A stretch of 64,000 nt of DNA. Source: Tetramitus jugosus (lineage: Eukaryota; Protista; Heterolobosea). A program made the translations under genes and the position numbers. Below are positions 9,878-20,871 of the stretch, one piece after another; the stretch's first letter is position 1, and the number at the start of each line of letters is the position of its first letter. Under the pieces are notes generated by a model. It did not search any database, had not been told where the DNA came from, and saw only the letters and a list, made by a program, of their open reading frames with translations. The DNA is taken from the NCBI GenBank assembly GCA_937625935.1, contig OW569370.1, forward strand, positions 62,001-126,000, read 5' to 3'.

Positions 9878-12444
9878 CTATTGCTTTTGTTGAGCATAGT
9901 TGTGGAAATAGAGAGCTTGTTGTGGCTGTTGATCCTGTCCGACAGATAATTGTTGATGATCTGATGATGATGACGAGTGAGGGCTTGCTTCCGGTGAGAC
10001 TGAAGCTCGGTTCAAGTCAATTCCACCAACAGTCGACATGGAATACAGAGGAGTGTCTTGGTTAGGTGATTGTCTTGGGAATCCGTTCAGTTGCTGCTGT
10101 TGTGGGGATACAGTCGCTACACTGGGGTGGATCACTGGATTCGCTAGACTCTGCTTTTGTGCGATAACCTCCTCCATCTTGCTCATCAGGTGAGTGTACT
10201 TTTGTGTGATGATGTCATATCGATTGCTCAATATTCTGATGTTGGCCAAGTCCTTTCTCAACACATCGACCAAGTCCTCCTTTCCTGTGCCAAACTCCAA
10301 GTGAACCAATGCAACGAGCACAATGCCTCTGAGAGTAATGGCAGTCACATTATAGTACGCTACATCATTGTTTCGAATGTTGTCCAATGAACGATCAGCA
10401 ACAAATCGAATAAAATCAACGTTTGGTGCCGGTTGATCAATCAACACTTGCAATCTCATTCCATCGAACGCCAATCGGAACGATAATCGCAGAGTGGCAA
10501 TGTTCAGTGTTGGTAGACCATGGGCCACTAGATTCAACTTTGCTTCCAACGCCTTTTGTGCCTCGTCAATCAAAAACATTTGATCATTGAATGAATTGAC
10601 ATCGAGGTGCTTGATCGGATTGGTTGCATCATCGAAAAACATGCCAATAATTTCCTTGGTTGCCTTGAGCCAACGAACCTTGTCACTGTGCTGATAAATG
10701 GTCATCTCCATCAGGGCAATGTACTTGACCATTTGCCATCGATGAGCAATGTTGTAGTCTGGCACTTGATTCAACAGATTGGCCAAGAAGGAACACTGGT
10801 TCTGAATAATGATTCCTGCGTGATCTCCCTCTCCCGATGTTGCATAGTAACCTAGAGTGGCATACGCGGAAGCAAGATTCATTCCCTCGGACAATAGTTC
10901 CTTATTGTTCAACACGAAGGGATTCTCAGTGGCTGATACACGACCGTGTCCACAACAGAGCTTCATACTATAGTACCAGGCATACTTGTTGAAAATCATG
11001 TACGTGTCATGAGCCAATCTCTTCTTACCATGTCTCTGTAAACACCATGTCACTACACTGACAAACAAGAGCTTGGCAGAGTTGATATTACTAAAGTCCA
11101 GACCATCTCTATAAATGACACTCAACACTTCGTCAAACAATTGACGTGACATGAGTGGAAAATCAGCACTGTTCAATCCAAAGTAATACTCGATCAGTTC
11201 AGAAATGTTCAACTGTCTCAGAATCATCACAAGTTCATCATTGTCAACAACAGCAGCAGCTATAGAAGAAGCAGCAGAAGACACAGCAGAGACAGGAGTA
11301 GTCACAGTTGATGTGCTCTGATGAGAACTCATGATTGATACTGGTGGCATTGGCATTGGATTGAACTGATTCTGTAGTTGATAATGTGCAATACTTGGTG
11401 GTGCTTGTTGTTGCAGTTGCTGTTGCGGTTGTTGTTGTTGTGGTGATGTGTTGCCATACGTGTTGTTGGATGACACTGATGATGAAGATGAAGAAGATGA
11501 TGTAGTGGAAGCAGTAGGTGATGACAATGGTTGATTTCCATAACTAGTCATTCTGTACTGTGGTTGCTGTTGTTGTTGTTGTTGTTGATAATACTGTTGT
11601 TGTTGCATTGTTCGTGATTGCAAATTGGCTGCTGTCAAATTGGATGATGTAGATGAGGATGGTGTCGATGGTGATGAGAATTGCATAACTGATACATGAG
11701 GTGGTAATTGTTGTTGTTGTTGTTGTGCAATGGATGCTGATGAGGATGAAGATGATGTTGTGGCGTATTGTTTCATGGAAGAATCAATAAATATCATTTC
11801 TCCATTTTCAGTCTTTGTTCGTTTTGTTACATTGTTTGATTGTTGATCAGATTTTCTTTTCATATTATTATGATGATGATGATGATGATGATGACTACTA
11901 TGACCATCGTTATTGTTGTTGTTACTACCATTACTACTATTTTCATTTGGGCTCATGATCACATTACTACTATTCGCATCAGCTCCATCACTCAAAGAAT
12001 TCTCATCTTTTGACTTGGGAACATTGGTTCTCTTTTTTGGTTCTCTGTACACGCATTGCTTACTCGTTTTTCTACAATAGGAACATCCCTTGACCAATTT
12101 ATCACATTTCCCTTTGTAACAATATATTGCATGAGAATTATTTTTTTGTGCAAAGTGTGTGTTGATAAAAAGTGAATGGACATACGATGAGATTGTCTGC
12201 AGTTAATACATGCAATCTTGCATTGATTCTTTTCTTCTAGTGTCATTTCTGATGTATTCAATTGTAATTGTTGTTGAGACGATGTTGGACTGCTTCTATT
12301 ATGATTGTTGTGATTGGATGAAGCATCGTCGTTTCGATGAGGAGATGCTGATTCCAATTTTTGAGGTTGGTACACTTGAACAAAGTGAAATTTTTGTTCC
12401 TCAATGTTACTGTTGTTACTTGGATTATTATTGCTGTTGGTCAT
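9878..12444 (-). CDS. Zn(II)2Cys6 (GAL4-type) transcription factor, exons 12444-12186 and 12111-9878
   Basis: Splicing a 74-nt GTATGT..AAG intron restores 'CINCRQSHRKCDKLVKGCSYCRKTSKQC' (C-x2-C-x6-C-x6-C-x2-C-x6-C). A Q/S/N/H-rich region and an MHR-like 'YYFGLNSADFPLMSRQLF' segment follow. Confidence 0.9.
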
Positions 12445-12661
12445 TATCTCTATTTTATTGGGAAACTACCGTGTGCGCACACTTTTTTGTGTTGTTGTTC
12501 GTTTTTTGCGGGTGGATGCGCAGTCCACCCTTTTTTTCCGGATCGTATCGCAGTTTGGACAATCACCGCTCCTTCTTCAATCAACACAAGGAACCGCGCA
12601 AGACAAAAACGCACAAGTTTTCTCCGAAAATTTCTTCTTCAAGAAAGAAACAACAAGAACA

Positions 12662-13744
12662 ATGATCAGAGGAAGAGGCAGAGGACGTCCCGCCAGAGGA
12701 GCAAGCGGAGGAGGAGGAGGTTATCCACCATCAAGAGGAAGAGGTCGGGGCAGAGGTGCATCCCATCCTCCAGCAGGCACAACAACAACAACAACTGAAT
12801 ATCCTTCCACACATGAAGTATCCACTTCATCAACCAATAATACGAATAATACGAATAGTGATGATCCATTTGCAAACATTACTGGTGGTGGAGGTATTGG
12901 AAGAACTTCAGTCACTGCTAAAATGCCCTCTTCTCATCAACAGCAGCATCATAACAATGGAGATGCATCGACAAGTGGTGCAAAGCGGTTGCCCAGTGGA
13001 GGTGATCATTCCAATTCGGACAAGTATCAATCACCGCCTCTCTATCCCGTATGTACTCACACTATTTTATTATTTTCATGAAAGATTCAAACAAAAAACG
13101 AACAAGTAGAAAGCTAACACCATTATCATCATCATACGATGGCTGTATATTATTATTATTATTATGATAAAATATGATGACTATATTGCAAAAATCAGGA
13201 AGTAGCCATAGATAAGCGATCAGTGAAACCACTCATGAGTGAAGATCATTTTCTATTGAGTAAGCATCGATTGTTGCGCTCCAGAAATCGAAATTCTCCC
13301 TACATGCTCAAACGAGAGAAACTGTATGACTTGTCAACAACAACGACACCGTCATTGAGAGGCACCGTTCGGTTAAACAATGGAATCAGTGGCATTGACA
13401 ACTTTGGACTAGGAAACATTTGGTTAACACCTACTTATTTCCCATTAGAATTGGCACAAGATTCTCTAAAGAAGGTGAAGCGTGTCAAGAAGAAGAAGCA
13501 AAAGAATGCAGAAACGTTGTTTAAGCAGTTTGGTTCAGAGGATGCTACTGCAGGTGGTGCAGACAATGATGGAGGGGACGAAGAAGGAGAAGAGGAAGAT
13601 GAAGTCATTGTGGAGGACAATGGAGATGACTATGACTTTACAGATGATTATCAGTACACTCGTAATGACGATGATGATGATATGGGAGATGATGATACGC
13701 TGAACGCTGCAGGTGCAGGTGACGATGGCCCAATCATTTACTAA
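12662..13744 (+). CDS. RPC31: RNA polymerase III subunit RPC31/RPC7-like, exons 12662-13048 and 13199-13744
   Basis: N-terminal 'GRGRGR', 'PPLYP' motif, 'SPY', 'YFPLEL', long acidic tail ending 'DDGPIIY'. Intron GTATGT..CAG is in phase 0. Confidence 0.8.
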
Positions 13745-14058
13745 ATGAAAAAATTGTTTTATTTTGTGTTGTTTCAATTCTTTTATTCCACATCAAGAAT
13801 TCATCTGCTTGGATGGGTGCGAAATCTTGTGCATCTGGAATTCCTGGACAAGATCTCTTTTCGAATTGTGAAATGGAAAACGACCAGTGTTCCCATAGTT
13901 CCAATCGAACCCAAAAATAAGTATTATTCTACCGACCCGAAGATTTGACATGCCGTCGTTCGACATCAAACTTGTGAATCGCCAAAAACCGAAAAAACAA
14001 ACAGAACAACAAGACCACCATTGGTGCAACATCCTCACCTTAAAACCAACACACAAAA

Positions 14059-15929
14059 ATGGAACCACCAATCACTGAAGGATTATCATCTCTTGTTGAG
14101 CTGTACATTAAGTGCCTCAATCTGAAAAATATGGATCATTTTAGCAAATCTGATCCCGTATGTACTCTTTCTCATCTGTCTCTCTGAGTGATTTGACTGC
14201 ATTCTATCCGATCTGTTGTTCATGACATGTTCACTCATCCAAAAAAATCATTGTTTCTTGTTGGTATTGCTATTGATGATTGTTATTGTTGTTGTTGTTG
14301 TTGTTGTTGTTGTTATGAATGATGATAATGATGAATGCTTAGTGCGTTGTTGTGCAAATGGATGAACAACCACCGAGAAAACAGTGGAAGGACATTGGAC
14401 GAACCGAAGTCATAAAAAACAATTTGAATCCAACGTTCAAAAAAACGTTTTCAATCGTGTACAAGTTTGAACAAGTGCAGAGCTTGCGATTCATGGTGTA
14501 CGATGTGGACAATGCAACGGCATCGCTAGAGGATGATGATTTCATTGGTTGCATGACTTGTTCATTGGCTGAGATTTGTGGATCGAGAGGTATGCAACTC
14601 GTGAAACCATTGGTGAATCACAAGGGAAAAATCAATGGTCGAATTGTGGTGACTGCCGATGAGATGAACAAATCGTCGACTACCGATGGAAACAGAGATG
14701 ATTTGATAGAGTTGGGCTTCAGAGGAACTCATTTGGCAAAGAAGGATTTGTTTGGTAAGTCAGATCCTTATTTTGTGGTGTCAAAGATGGTGAATCAGGA
14801 TTATTTGAATGTGTATGAGAGTGAAGTCGTGAAACATAATTTGAATCCCATGTGGAAACCGTTTAAACTCACGAGATCAAAGCTCTGTAACGTCAATAAT
14901 TCATTGCCTCTGCGATTTTCGTGCTATGACTGGGATCGATATTCTTCACATGATTTTATTGGATCGTTTGATACGACGCTGGGCAATATTATTGCCAACA
15001 GTGCTGACAATCCCAATTTTTCATTCCAATTGATTGACAACAAAAAGGGAAAGAATAAGCAAACGGGAAACATTCATATCACGACGTGCTCGATCCAGAA
15101 GCAGTACAACTTTTTGGAGTATATCCAGGGTGGTTGTCAGCTGTCCTTGATGGTTGCTGTTGATTTTACTGCTTCCAATCAAAATCCAAAGATTCCTGGC
15201 TCGTTGCACTATTGTGATCCATCAGGTATGAACATGAATGAGTATGAGAAGGCAATTCGCAGTGTTGGAGACATTTTGGCATACTATGATCATGATAAGA
15301 AGTTCCCAGCATTTGGTTTTGGTGCAAAGATGCCCGATGGACAAGTGTCTCACTGCTTTTCATTGGGAGGAAATCCGTTTGATCCAGAGTGTGTAGGTAT
15401 CGATGGTATTTTGTCTGCTTATAAACAGGCAATTTATAATGTTGAACTGTGGGGACCAACGAATTTTGCTCCGGTGATTCGCACAGCCACCAAGTACGCT
15501 TCCCAGCACATGAGTCAGGAGAACCAACAATACTTTGTCTTGCTCATTATCACGGATGGTGCGATCAGTGATATCGATGACACAATTAAGGCAGTGATCG
15601 AAGCAAGTGAGCGTCCATTGTCTATTGTGATTGTGGGAGTAGGTGGTGCTGACTTTTCGAACATGGAGGTGCTGGACAGTGATACACAGCTACTCACCAA
15701 TGGCTATGCTACAGCAAAGCGAGATATCGTTCAGTTTGTACCATTCAGAAGATTTGCCAATCAACATTATTCTGCTCTGGCAGCTGAGACGCTAGCTGAG
15801 ATTCCACATCAACTCCAGGAGTACATGCGAATGCGTAACATGATTCCAAATCCGAGAGTTCAAGTCAATATCAGTCCAGCTGAAGTAGTTCCAAGTACGG
15901 TCAATATTACATACAATCCAAATGTCTAA
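14059..15929 (+). CDS. Copine (C2-C2-vWA), exons 14059-14157 and 14343-15929
   Basis: Exon 1 'MEPPITEGLSSLVELYIKCLNLKNMDHFSKSDP', then two C2 domains ('GRTEVIKNNLNP', 'KDLFGKSDPY') and vWA motifs 'VAVDFTASN', 'WGPTNFAP', 'LLIITDG', 'RDIVQFVPF'. Confidence 0.96.
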
Positions 15930-15959
15930 ATCCTCTGGCTGTGCCTCTAAAATACAGGC

Positions 15960-16919
15960 TCAACATATGACACATTTATCCTTTCGTATCATCACTTGCT
16001 TTAGCTGAGAGCATTTGGCAATTGTGTCATGAAACTCAACTCCTAAATTATAACCAGTGAGAGCACTTGTTTCAATATAGAGCACGCACTTGTGATGCTT
16101 TGCCAAGAATTCCCCTTCTTCATAATATACAGAACTATTCCGAGATTGAGATGTAGCTCGTAAATCAACTTTTGTACCCACTAACATGACAATGGCTTCT
16201 GGACAGTGTTGCATGATTTCGGGCATCCACACGCGGCAAATGCTTTCGAAGCTCTGATTGTTAACCACAGAGAAACACATTAGAAATACATCAGTCTGTG
16301 GATAGCACAATGGTCTCCACGAGGCATACTCGCTTTCTGTAGCAGTGTCCCAATACTCTATCCGTCGTGTAGAATCGTTCCAATTCGACTTCACCTCGTG
16401 GCACTCTAGGGCAGTTGTGTGGTAGTTGCCGTCACCCTCATCAGGAAATGAACCAAGCCCAACTCTCGCTTTCAAACAAGACTTTCCTGTTGTTGTGTCA
16501 CCTACAATAACAACCTTTACTCGTTCATCGACCACTTTTGTCGATTGAAAACGAGCTAGGTATCGATCCAATTCGTCCAACCCAAAGTATCGATGATGAA
16601 AGCAATCCAAGATTGGTGGAACAGCCGAGATGGCTTTCTGCCGCTGCTCTACTTGATAATCTTTGTACATTCTCTTCAATATCAACAGTTTTTCTCTGTC
16701 ATTGCCCACTGTGACAACTTGTTCCAAAACATTTGATCTTATCGGTTCATAACATGGAGATTGAAGCACAGAGATGAACAATGAGGACCAAAGAATGTTG
16801 TGGCCTGTCAATTCAAACCACGTCCATGACTTGTTCACCAATCGAATGTTGAGCCAGTCATTCTTGTTCAAAAAGCAAAGGATGATGAGCGCAACATCAT
16901 CTGGCAACTCCTCAATCAT
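15960..16919 (-). CDS. F-box / Rho-family GTPase fusion protein with C-terminal CaaX
   Basis: F-box 'ELPDDVALIILCFLNKNDWLNIRLVNKSW'. Rho domain 'KVVIVGDTTTGKS', 'WDTATESEYASWRPLCYPQTDVFLMCFSV', 'VGTKVDLR', 'ETSALT'. Ends 'KDKCVIC'. Confidence 0.88.
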   Translation of the reverse strand: MIEELPDDVALIILCFLNKNDWLNIRLVNKSWTWFELTGHNILWSSLFISVLQSPCYEPIRSNVLEQVVTVGNDREKLLILKRMYKDYQVEQRQKAISAVPPILDCFHHRYFGLDELDRYLARFQSTKVVDERVKVVIVGDTTTGKSCLKARVGLGSFPDEGDGNYHTTALECHEVKSNWNDSTRRIEYWDTATESEYASWRPLCYPQTDVFLMCFSVVNNQSFESICRVWMPEIMQHCPEAIVMLVGTKVDLRATSQSRNSSVYYEEGEFLAKHHKCVLYIETSALTGYNLGVEFHDTIAKCSQLKQVMIRKDKCVIC

Positions 16920-17129
16920 GTGTAAGTGTGACTTTGCTTTTCTTCTGGCGAGAGTTACTCAATAGGGCACCCCAGATCAGAGCTCTTTGGTCGTAGTGAC
17001 AATTCACCGAAGGAAGAGAGAACTTTCGTAAAAACTTTGCCTTTTCGGAAGGGAATATTTACTAGTTTTTCCGCACCAAAACAACAAAACAACGAACAAA
17101 CAACAACAACCAATAATAATAAAAAAATC

Positions 17130-18487
17130 ATGTCTGCCAGAAGAGCATCATCCAAGCTGTTGATCAACAATCACCTCATTCACAGCAACAATCGTACCAA
17201 TCCACTACTCTTCCAAAAATTGATCACACCAACAGTATCCACTTTTCCTCTCTTCAGAGCATGTCAACAACCACAACAACAATTGAGAAACTATGCTGTC
17301 TTTCATGGTGCACCTAGTTCACCAGCTCATGCCGTCCGTAGTCATCAATTCGTACGTACAACAACAAAAAAATTATTTTTTTTTTCGCGCAATCAAAGAA
17401 AAAGCTTTCTAACACGCATGCACACACACACACACATATGAAAAAAAAACCAAACAACCAACATTTGTAGGGATTTGTCATTGTACCACAAGGTGAAAAA
17501 TGGGTCGTTGAACGATTCGGTAAATTCAAGACTGTGCTCGACGGTGGCATCCACTTTCTCGTTCCATTGATTGACGTGATTGCATACAAGCACAGCACCA
17601 AAGAACTCGCATTCAACATTACCAAACAAACAGCCATCACAAAAGACAATGTACAGATCAATATTGATGGTGTAGTGTACGTTCGAGTTCACGATCCAGA
17701 GAGAGCTTCCTACGAGATTGAAGATCCATTCTTTGCGTTGAGTACGTTGGCTCAAACGACCATGAGATCCGAAATTGGTAAAATTTCATTGGACACTACG
17801 TTTGCAGAGAGACAAAATTTAAATGTTGCCATTGTGGAAGGATTGGAGAGAGTGGCCAATGCGTGGGGCATCTCTATTCGTCGTTACGAGATTAGAGATA
17901 TCACTGTACCAGAACAAATTAAGCTTGCGATGGATTTGGAGGCTGAGGCCGAGAGAAAAAAGAGAAAGACCATTTTGGAGTCGCAGGGAGAACGTGACTC
18001 TCAGGAGAATTTGGCACATGGTCGAAAAATTGCGACAGAGTTGATCTCAGAGGCCAATATGATTGAAGAGATGAATATGGCGAGAGGTGAGGCGTTTGCG
18101 ATTGAACAAAAGGCTGTTGCGTATGCCAATGCAATCAAGCAACTCACTGATGCGATTAATCGTGAAGGTGGTGAACGTGCTGTGGCGTTCAAGGTGGCTG
18201 AAAAGTATATTGAGAGTTTTGGTAATTTGGCCAAGCGTGGCAACACTATTATTGTGCCAGCCAATGTCAATGACGCTGCTGGAATGATTACTCAAGCTGC
18301 CACCATTTTTGACAATGTGTTCCATAAGAAGGGTGGTCAACAGGGATCAGGTGCCGTACCTGTTATCTCCAAGGAACACGCGCTGAATGAGATGATTGGA
18401 AGATTGAAGGATGTGAGATCGAGTGGAGTTGCTGCACCTGAAGATGCAGAGGCGTTGATTGAAGAGTTGGAGCACAGCAAGAAGTAA
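17130..18487 (+). CDS. STOML2: Stomatin-like protein 2 (mitochondrial SPFH), exons 17130-17351 and 17471-18487
   Basis: Arg/Ser-rich presequence, 'GFVIVPQGEKWVVERFGKF', 'QTAITKDNVQINIDGVVY', 'LAQTTMRSEIGK', 'EAERKKR', 'VAEKYIESFGNLAK'. Confidence 0.93.
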
Positions 18488-18702
18488 GTAATCGTCATGT
18501 GACAACCAATAAACAAAATGAACGACACAGGGTGAGAAGTGAAGAAATCTTTTATGAATGGCTGTCACGTACACCATTGCACCAGAAGTTGATGTTACTG
18601 TTCTGTCGTCTACCTGTTGGTTATCGGACAACACATGATCTCTTTTTGAATCAATTTGTCTGCAGAAATAAGGTCGGAATATCAACTTCACAAAAAAATA
18701 AA

Positions 18703-19563
18703 ATGCAACAACTGAGCCGAGATGAATTGTTTGTCATTTACGAGTACTTTGATCTGAAATCCATTTTGAACTTTGGTCTCGTGTCTCACGATACCAGCAA
18801 GTGGCTGAATGATGGAAATTCTTGCATCTGGTCACCAAACAGTCACCGCTTTACTTACTTTACTCAATTGGATGAACAAGAGCACAAGTGGAAGATTGAT
18901 CAATATTTGAGAAAGTTTAGCACGTATAAGGCCATTATTCACCAATTCTTGTTGTACCGGTTCTGTGAGGATGAAGATGAAGAAGCAGATGATGGAACTT
19001 CAACTGAAAGCAATAAGAAGATTGCTAAAACCTTGTTAAACAACGGAAGAACGATAATGGTTGATGTTAAGAAGTGGCAAACATTCAAGATCAATGTACC
19101 ATTGGAACAAGGTCAAGTGTACGCTTGGGACTTTGTGTTGGATGAGTATTCAAACTCGTTGAACACATATAATGTACTGCTCGGTCTCAGTACATTTGAA
19201 ACCGATGTGAGAGGTGTGAACTTGAAACGTGCACTCATAGGAACTGAACGAAGGATTGGTATGGCTCTCAATGTTGGTCAAATGGAGGTTCACTATGGCA
19301 ATTATCACTCACGGTCATATGCCGGAAAGAAGTGGAATCAGTGTGCGAAGAGTGGTGATGTATTCACGTTCAAACTCGACACCAAAGGATCCAAGTACCA
19401 TATTGTGACAACGGATAATGCTAATCTCACCATCTACCTGAATGGGTCACTGTTGACCTCACTCGTCGTATCTCTCCATTCAGGAGGGAAGTCGTTCTAC
19501 CCAGGTATTTCTACGATACACAACCAAAAGATTACGCTACGACCCAGCCACATGCACTTCTAG
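18703..19563 (+). CDS. F-box + SPRY/B30.2-like protein (tandem copy A)
   Basis: Likely ATG at 18703. F-box 'QLSRDELFVIYEYFDLKSILNFGLVSH', followed by a beta-rich SPRY-like C-terminus 'KSGDVFTFKLD...LTIYLNG...FYPGIS'. Confidence 0.72.
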   Translation: MQQLSRDELFVIYEYFDLKSILNFGLVSHDTSKWLNDGNSCIWSPNSHRFTYFTQLDEQEHKWKIDQYLRKFSTYKAIIHQFLLYRFCEDEDEEADDGTSTESNKKIAKTLLNNGRTIMVDVKKWQTFKINVPLEQGQVYAWDFVLDEYSNSLNTYNVLLGLSTFETDVRGVNLKRALIGTERRIGMALNVGQMEVHYGNYHSRSYAGKKWNQCAKSGDVFTFKLDTKGSKYHIVTTDNANLTIYLNGSLLTSLVVSLHSGGKSFYPGISTIHNQKITLRPSHMHF

Positions 19564-19733
19564 GATATCACAACTGTACATGGCACATCATTGTTTGTTA
19601 CTCCTAATTGGCACTGTGACTGATCTTGAACCTCCGTTTCACTTTACAAAAGAACGGTCAAATACCAGACTCTTTTTCTGACTGCGTCACTTTGTGACGA
19701 AGTCAGGTTCATCTGACTTGAACAAAAAAACGA

Positions 19734-20549
19734 ATGCGACGATTGAGTGACGACGAGCTGTATGTAACATACGAGTACTTTGATCTGAAATCCATTTTGA
19801 ACTTTGGTCTCGTGTCTCACGATACCAGCAAGTGGCTGAATGATGGAAATTCTTGCATCTGGTCACCAAACAGTCACCGCTTTACTTTCTTGACTCAATT
19901 GAATGAACAAGAGCACAAGTGGAAGATTGATCAATATTTGAAAAAGTTTGGAACTTACAAGACCATTATTCAACAATTTATGTTGTACCGGTTCTGTGAG
20001 GATGAAGATAAAGTTGAGAATTCAAATGGTGAAACAAATAGGACCCTCAAAACACTGGTGAACCTCAGAAGAACAATAATGGTTGACCTTGGAACGTGGC
20101 AAACATTTAAGATCAATGCACCATTGAAACAAGGTCAAGTGTACGCTTGGGACTTTGTGTTGGATGAGTATTCAAACTCGTTGAATACATACAACGTGCT
20201 GCTCGGTATCAGTACGTTCCACAAGGACAAAGGAAGTGGTCAATTGAAGTATGAGCTGATAGGGACTGAACGAAGGATTGATGTGTCTCTCAACGTGGGT
20301 CAAATGCAGCTCCACTATGGCAGTCACCGTCGAACGTCATTTAAGGATGAGTGGGATCTTCGAGCGAAAACCGGAGATGTATTTACTTTCAAGCTCGATA
20401 CAAATAACAACATCAGTATCTATCTGAATGGATCATTGCTGACATCATTACTCGTACCTCTCAGTTCAGGGTATACCTTCTACCCAGGTATTTCGACGAT
20501 ACACGACCAAAAGATTACGCTACGACCCAGCCACATGTACATGGAATAA
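19734..20549 (+). CDS. F-box + SPRY/B30.2-like protein (tandem copy B)
   Basis: Paralog of 18703-19563. It shares an identical 118-bp block (19770-19887 = 18739-18856) and the same domain layout. Confidence 0.72.
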   Translation: MRRLSDDELYVTYEYFDLKSILNFGLVSHDTSKWLNDGNSCIWSPNSHRFTFLTQLNEQEHKWKIDQYLKKFGTYKTIIQQFMLYRFCEDEDKVENSNGETNRTLKTLVNLRRTIMVDLGTWQTFKINAPLKQGQVYAWDFVLDEYSNSLNTYNVLLGISTFHKDKGSGQLKYELIGTERRIDVSLNVGQMQLHYGSHRRTSFKDEWDLRAKTGDVFTFKLDTNNNISIYLNGSLLTSLLVPLSSGYTFYPGISTIHDQKITLRPSHMYME

Positions 20550-20871
20550 TAAACACATCAATATTTATTTCTCTTAGTTTTTACTCGTTGCAAGATGCAT
20601 CTGGCGACAGCAATCTATGTGAGAGATCTGTAGTTCTCTTGGCCATTCAAACTGTTGGCCATTTTCCGACGCCATGTGAATTTCTGCGCACCTGTACCAA
20701 AATTTTCATTTGGAATTTCGACGCATAACACCGTCGGATAATTGATCGCGAGATCTGATGACGATCACCCATCCACGCTGTCCCTTGCTCAATTGAATCC
20801 ATTCTCTCCTTCCAACAAAAGCAACAACAACCAACAACAAAAGCTACGACACTCTCACATACATTTATATC

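Noticed and set aside
12404-12661. Hydrophobic N-terminal extension of ORF 12404-13081
   Set aside because: It starts at a non-ATG codon and overlaps the Zn2Cys6 gene start and promoter. The ATG at 12662 gives a typical RPC31 N-terminus.
14270-14335. (TTG)n/(ATG)n tract, and similar CAA/CAT/AAT microsatellites elsewhere
   Set aside because: Ordinary slippage repeats in introns and in poly-Q/N/S/T coding tracts, common throughout this window.
18499-18702. Upstream extension of the first F-box/SPRY ORF
   Set aside because: GTG start abutting the STOML2 stop. The paralog begins at the position equivalent to ATG 18703.
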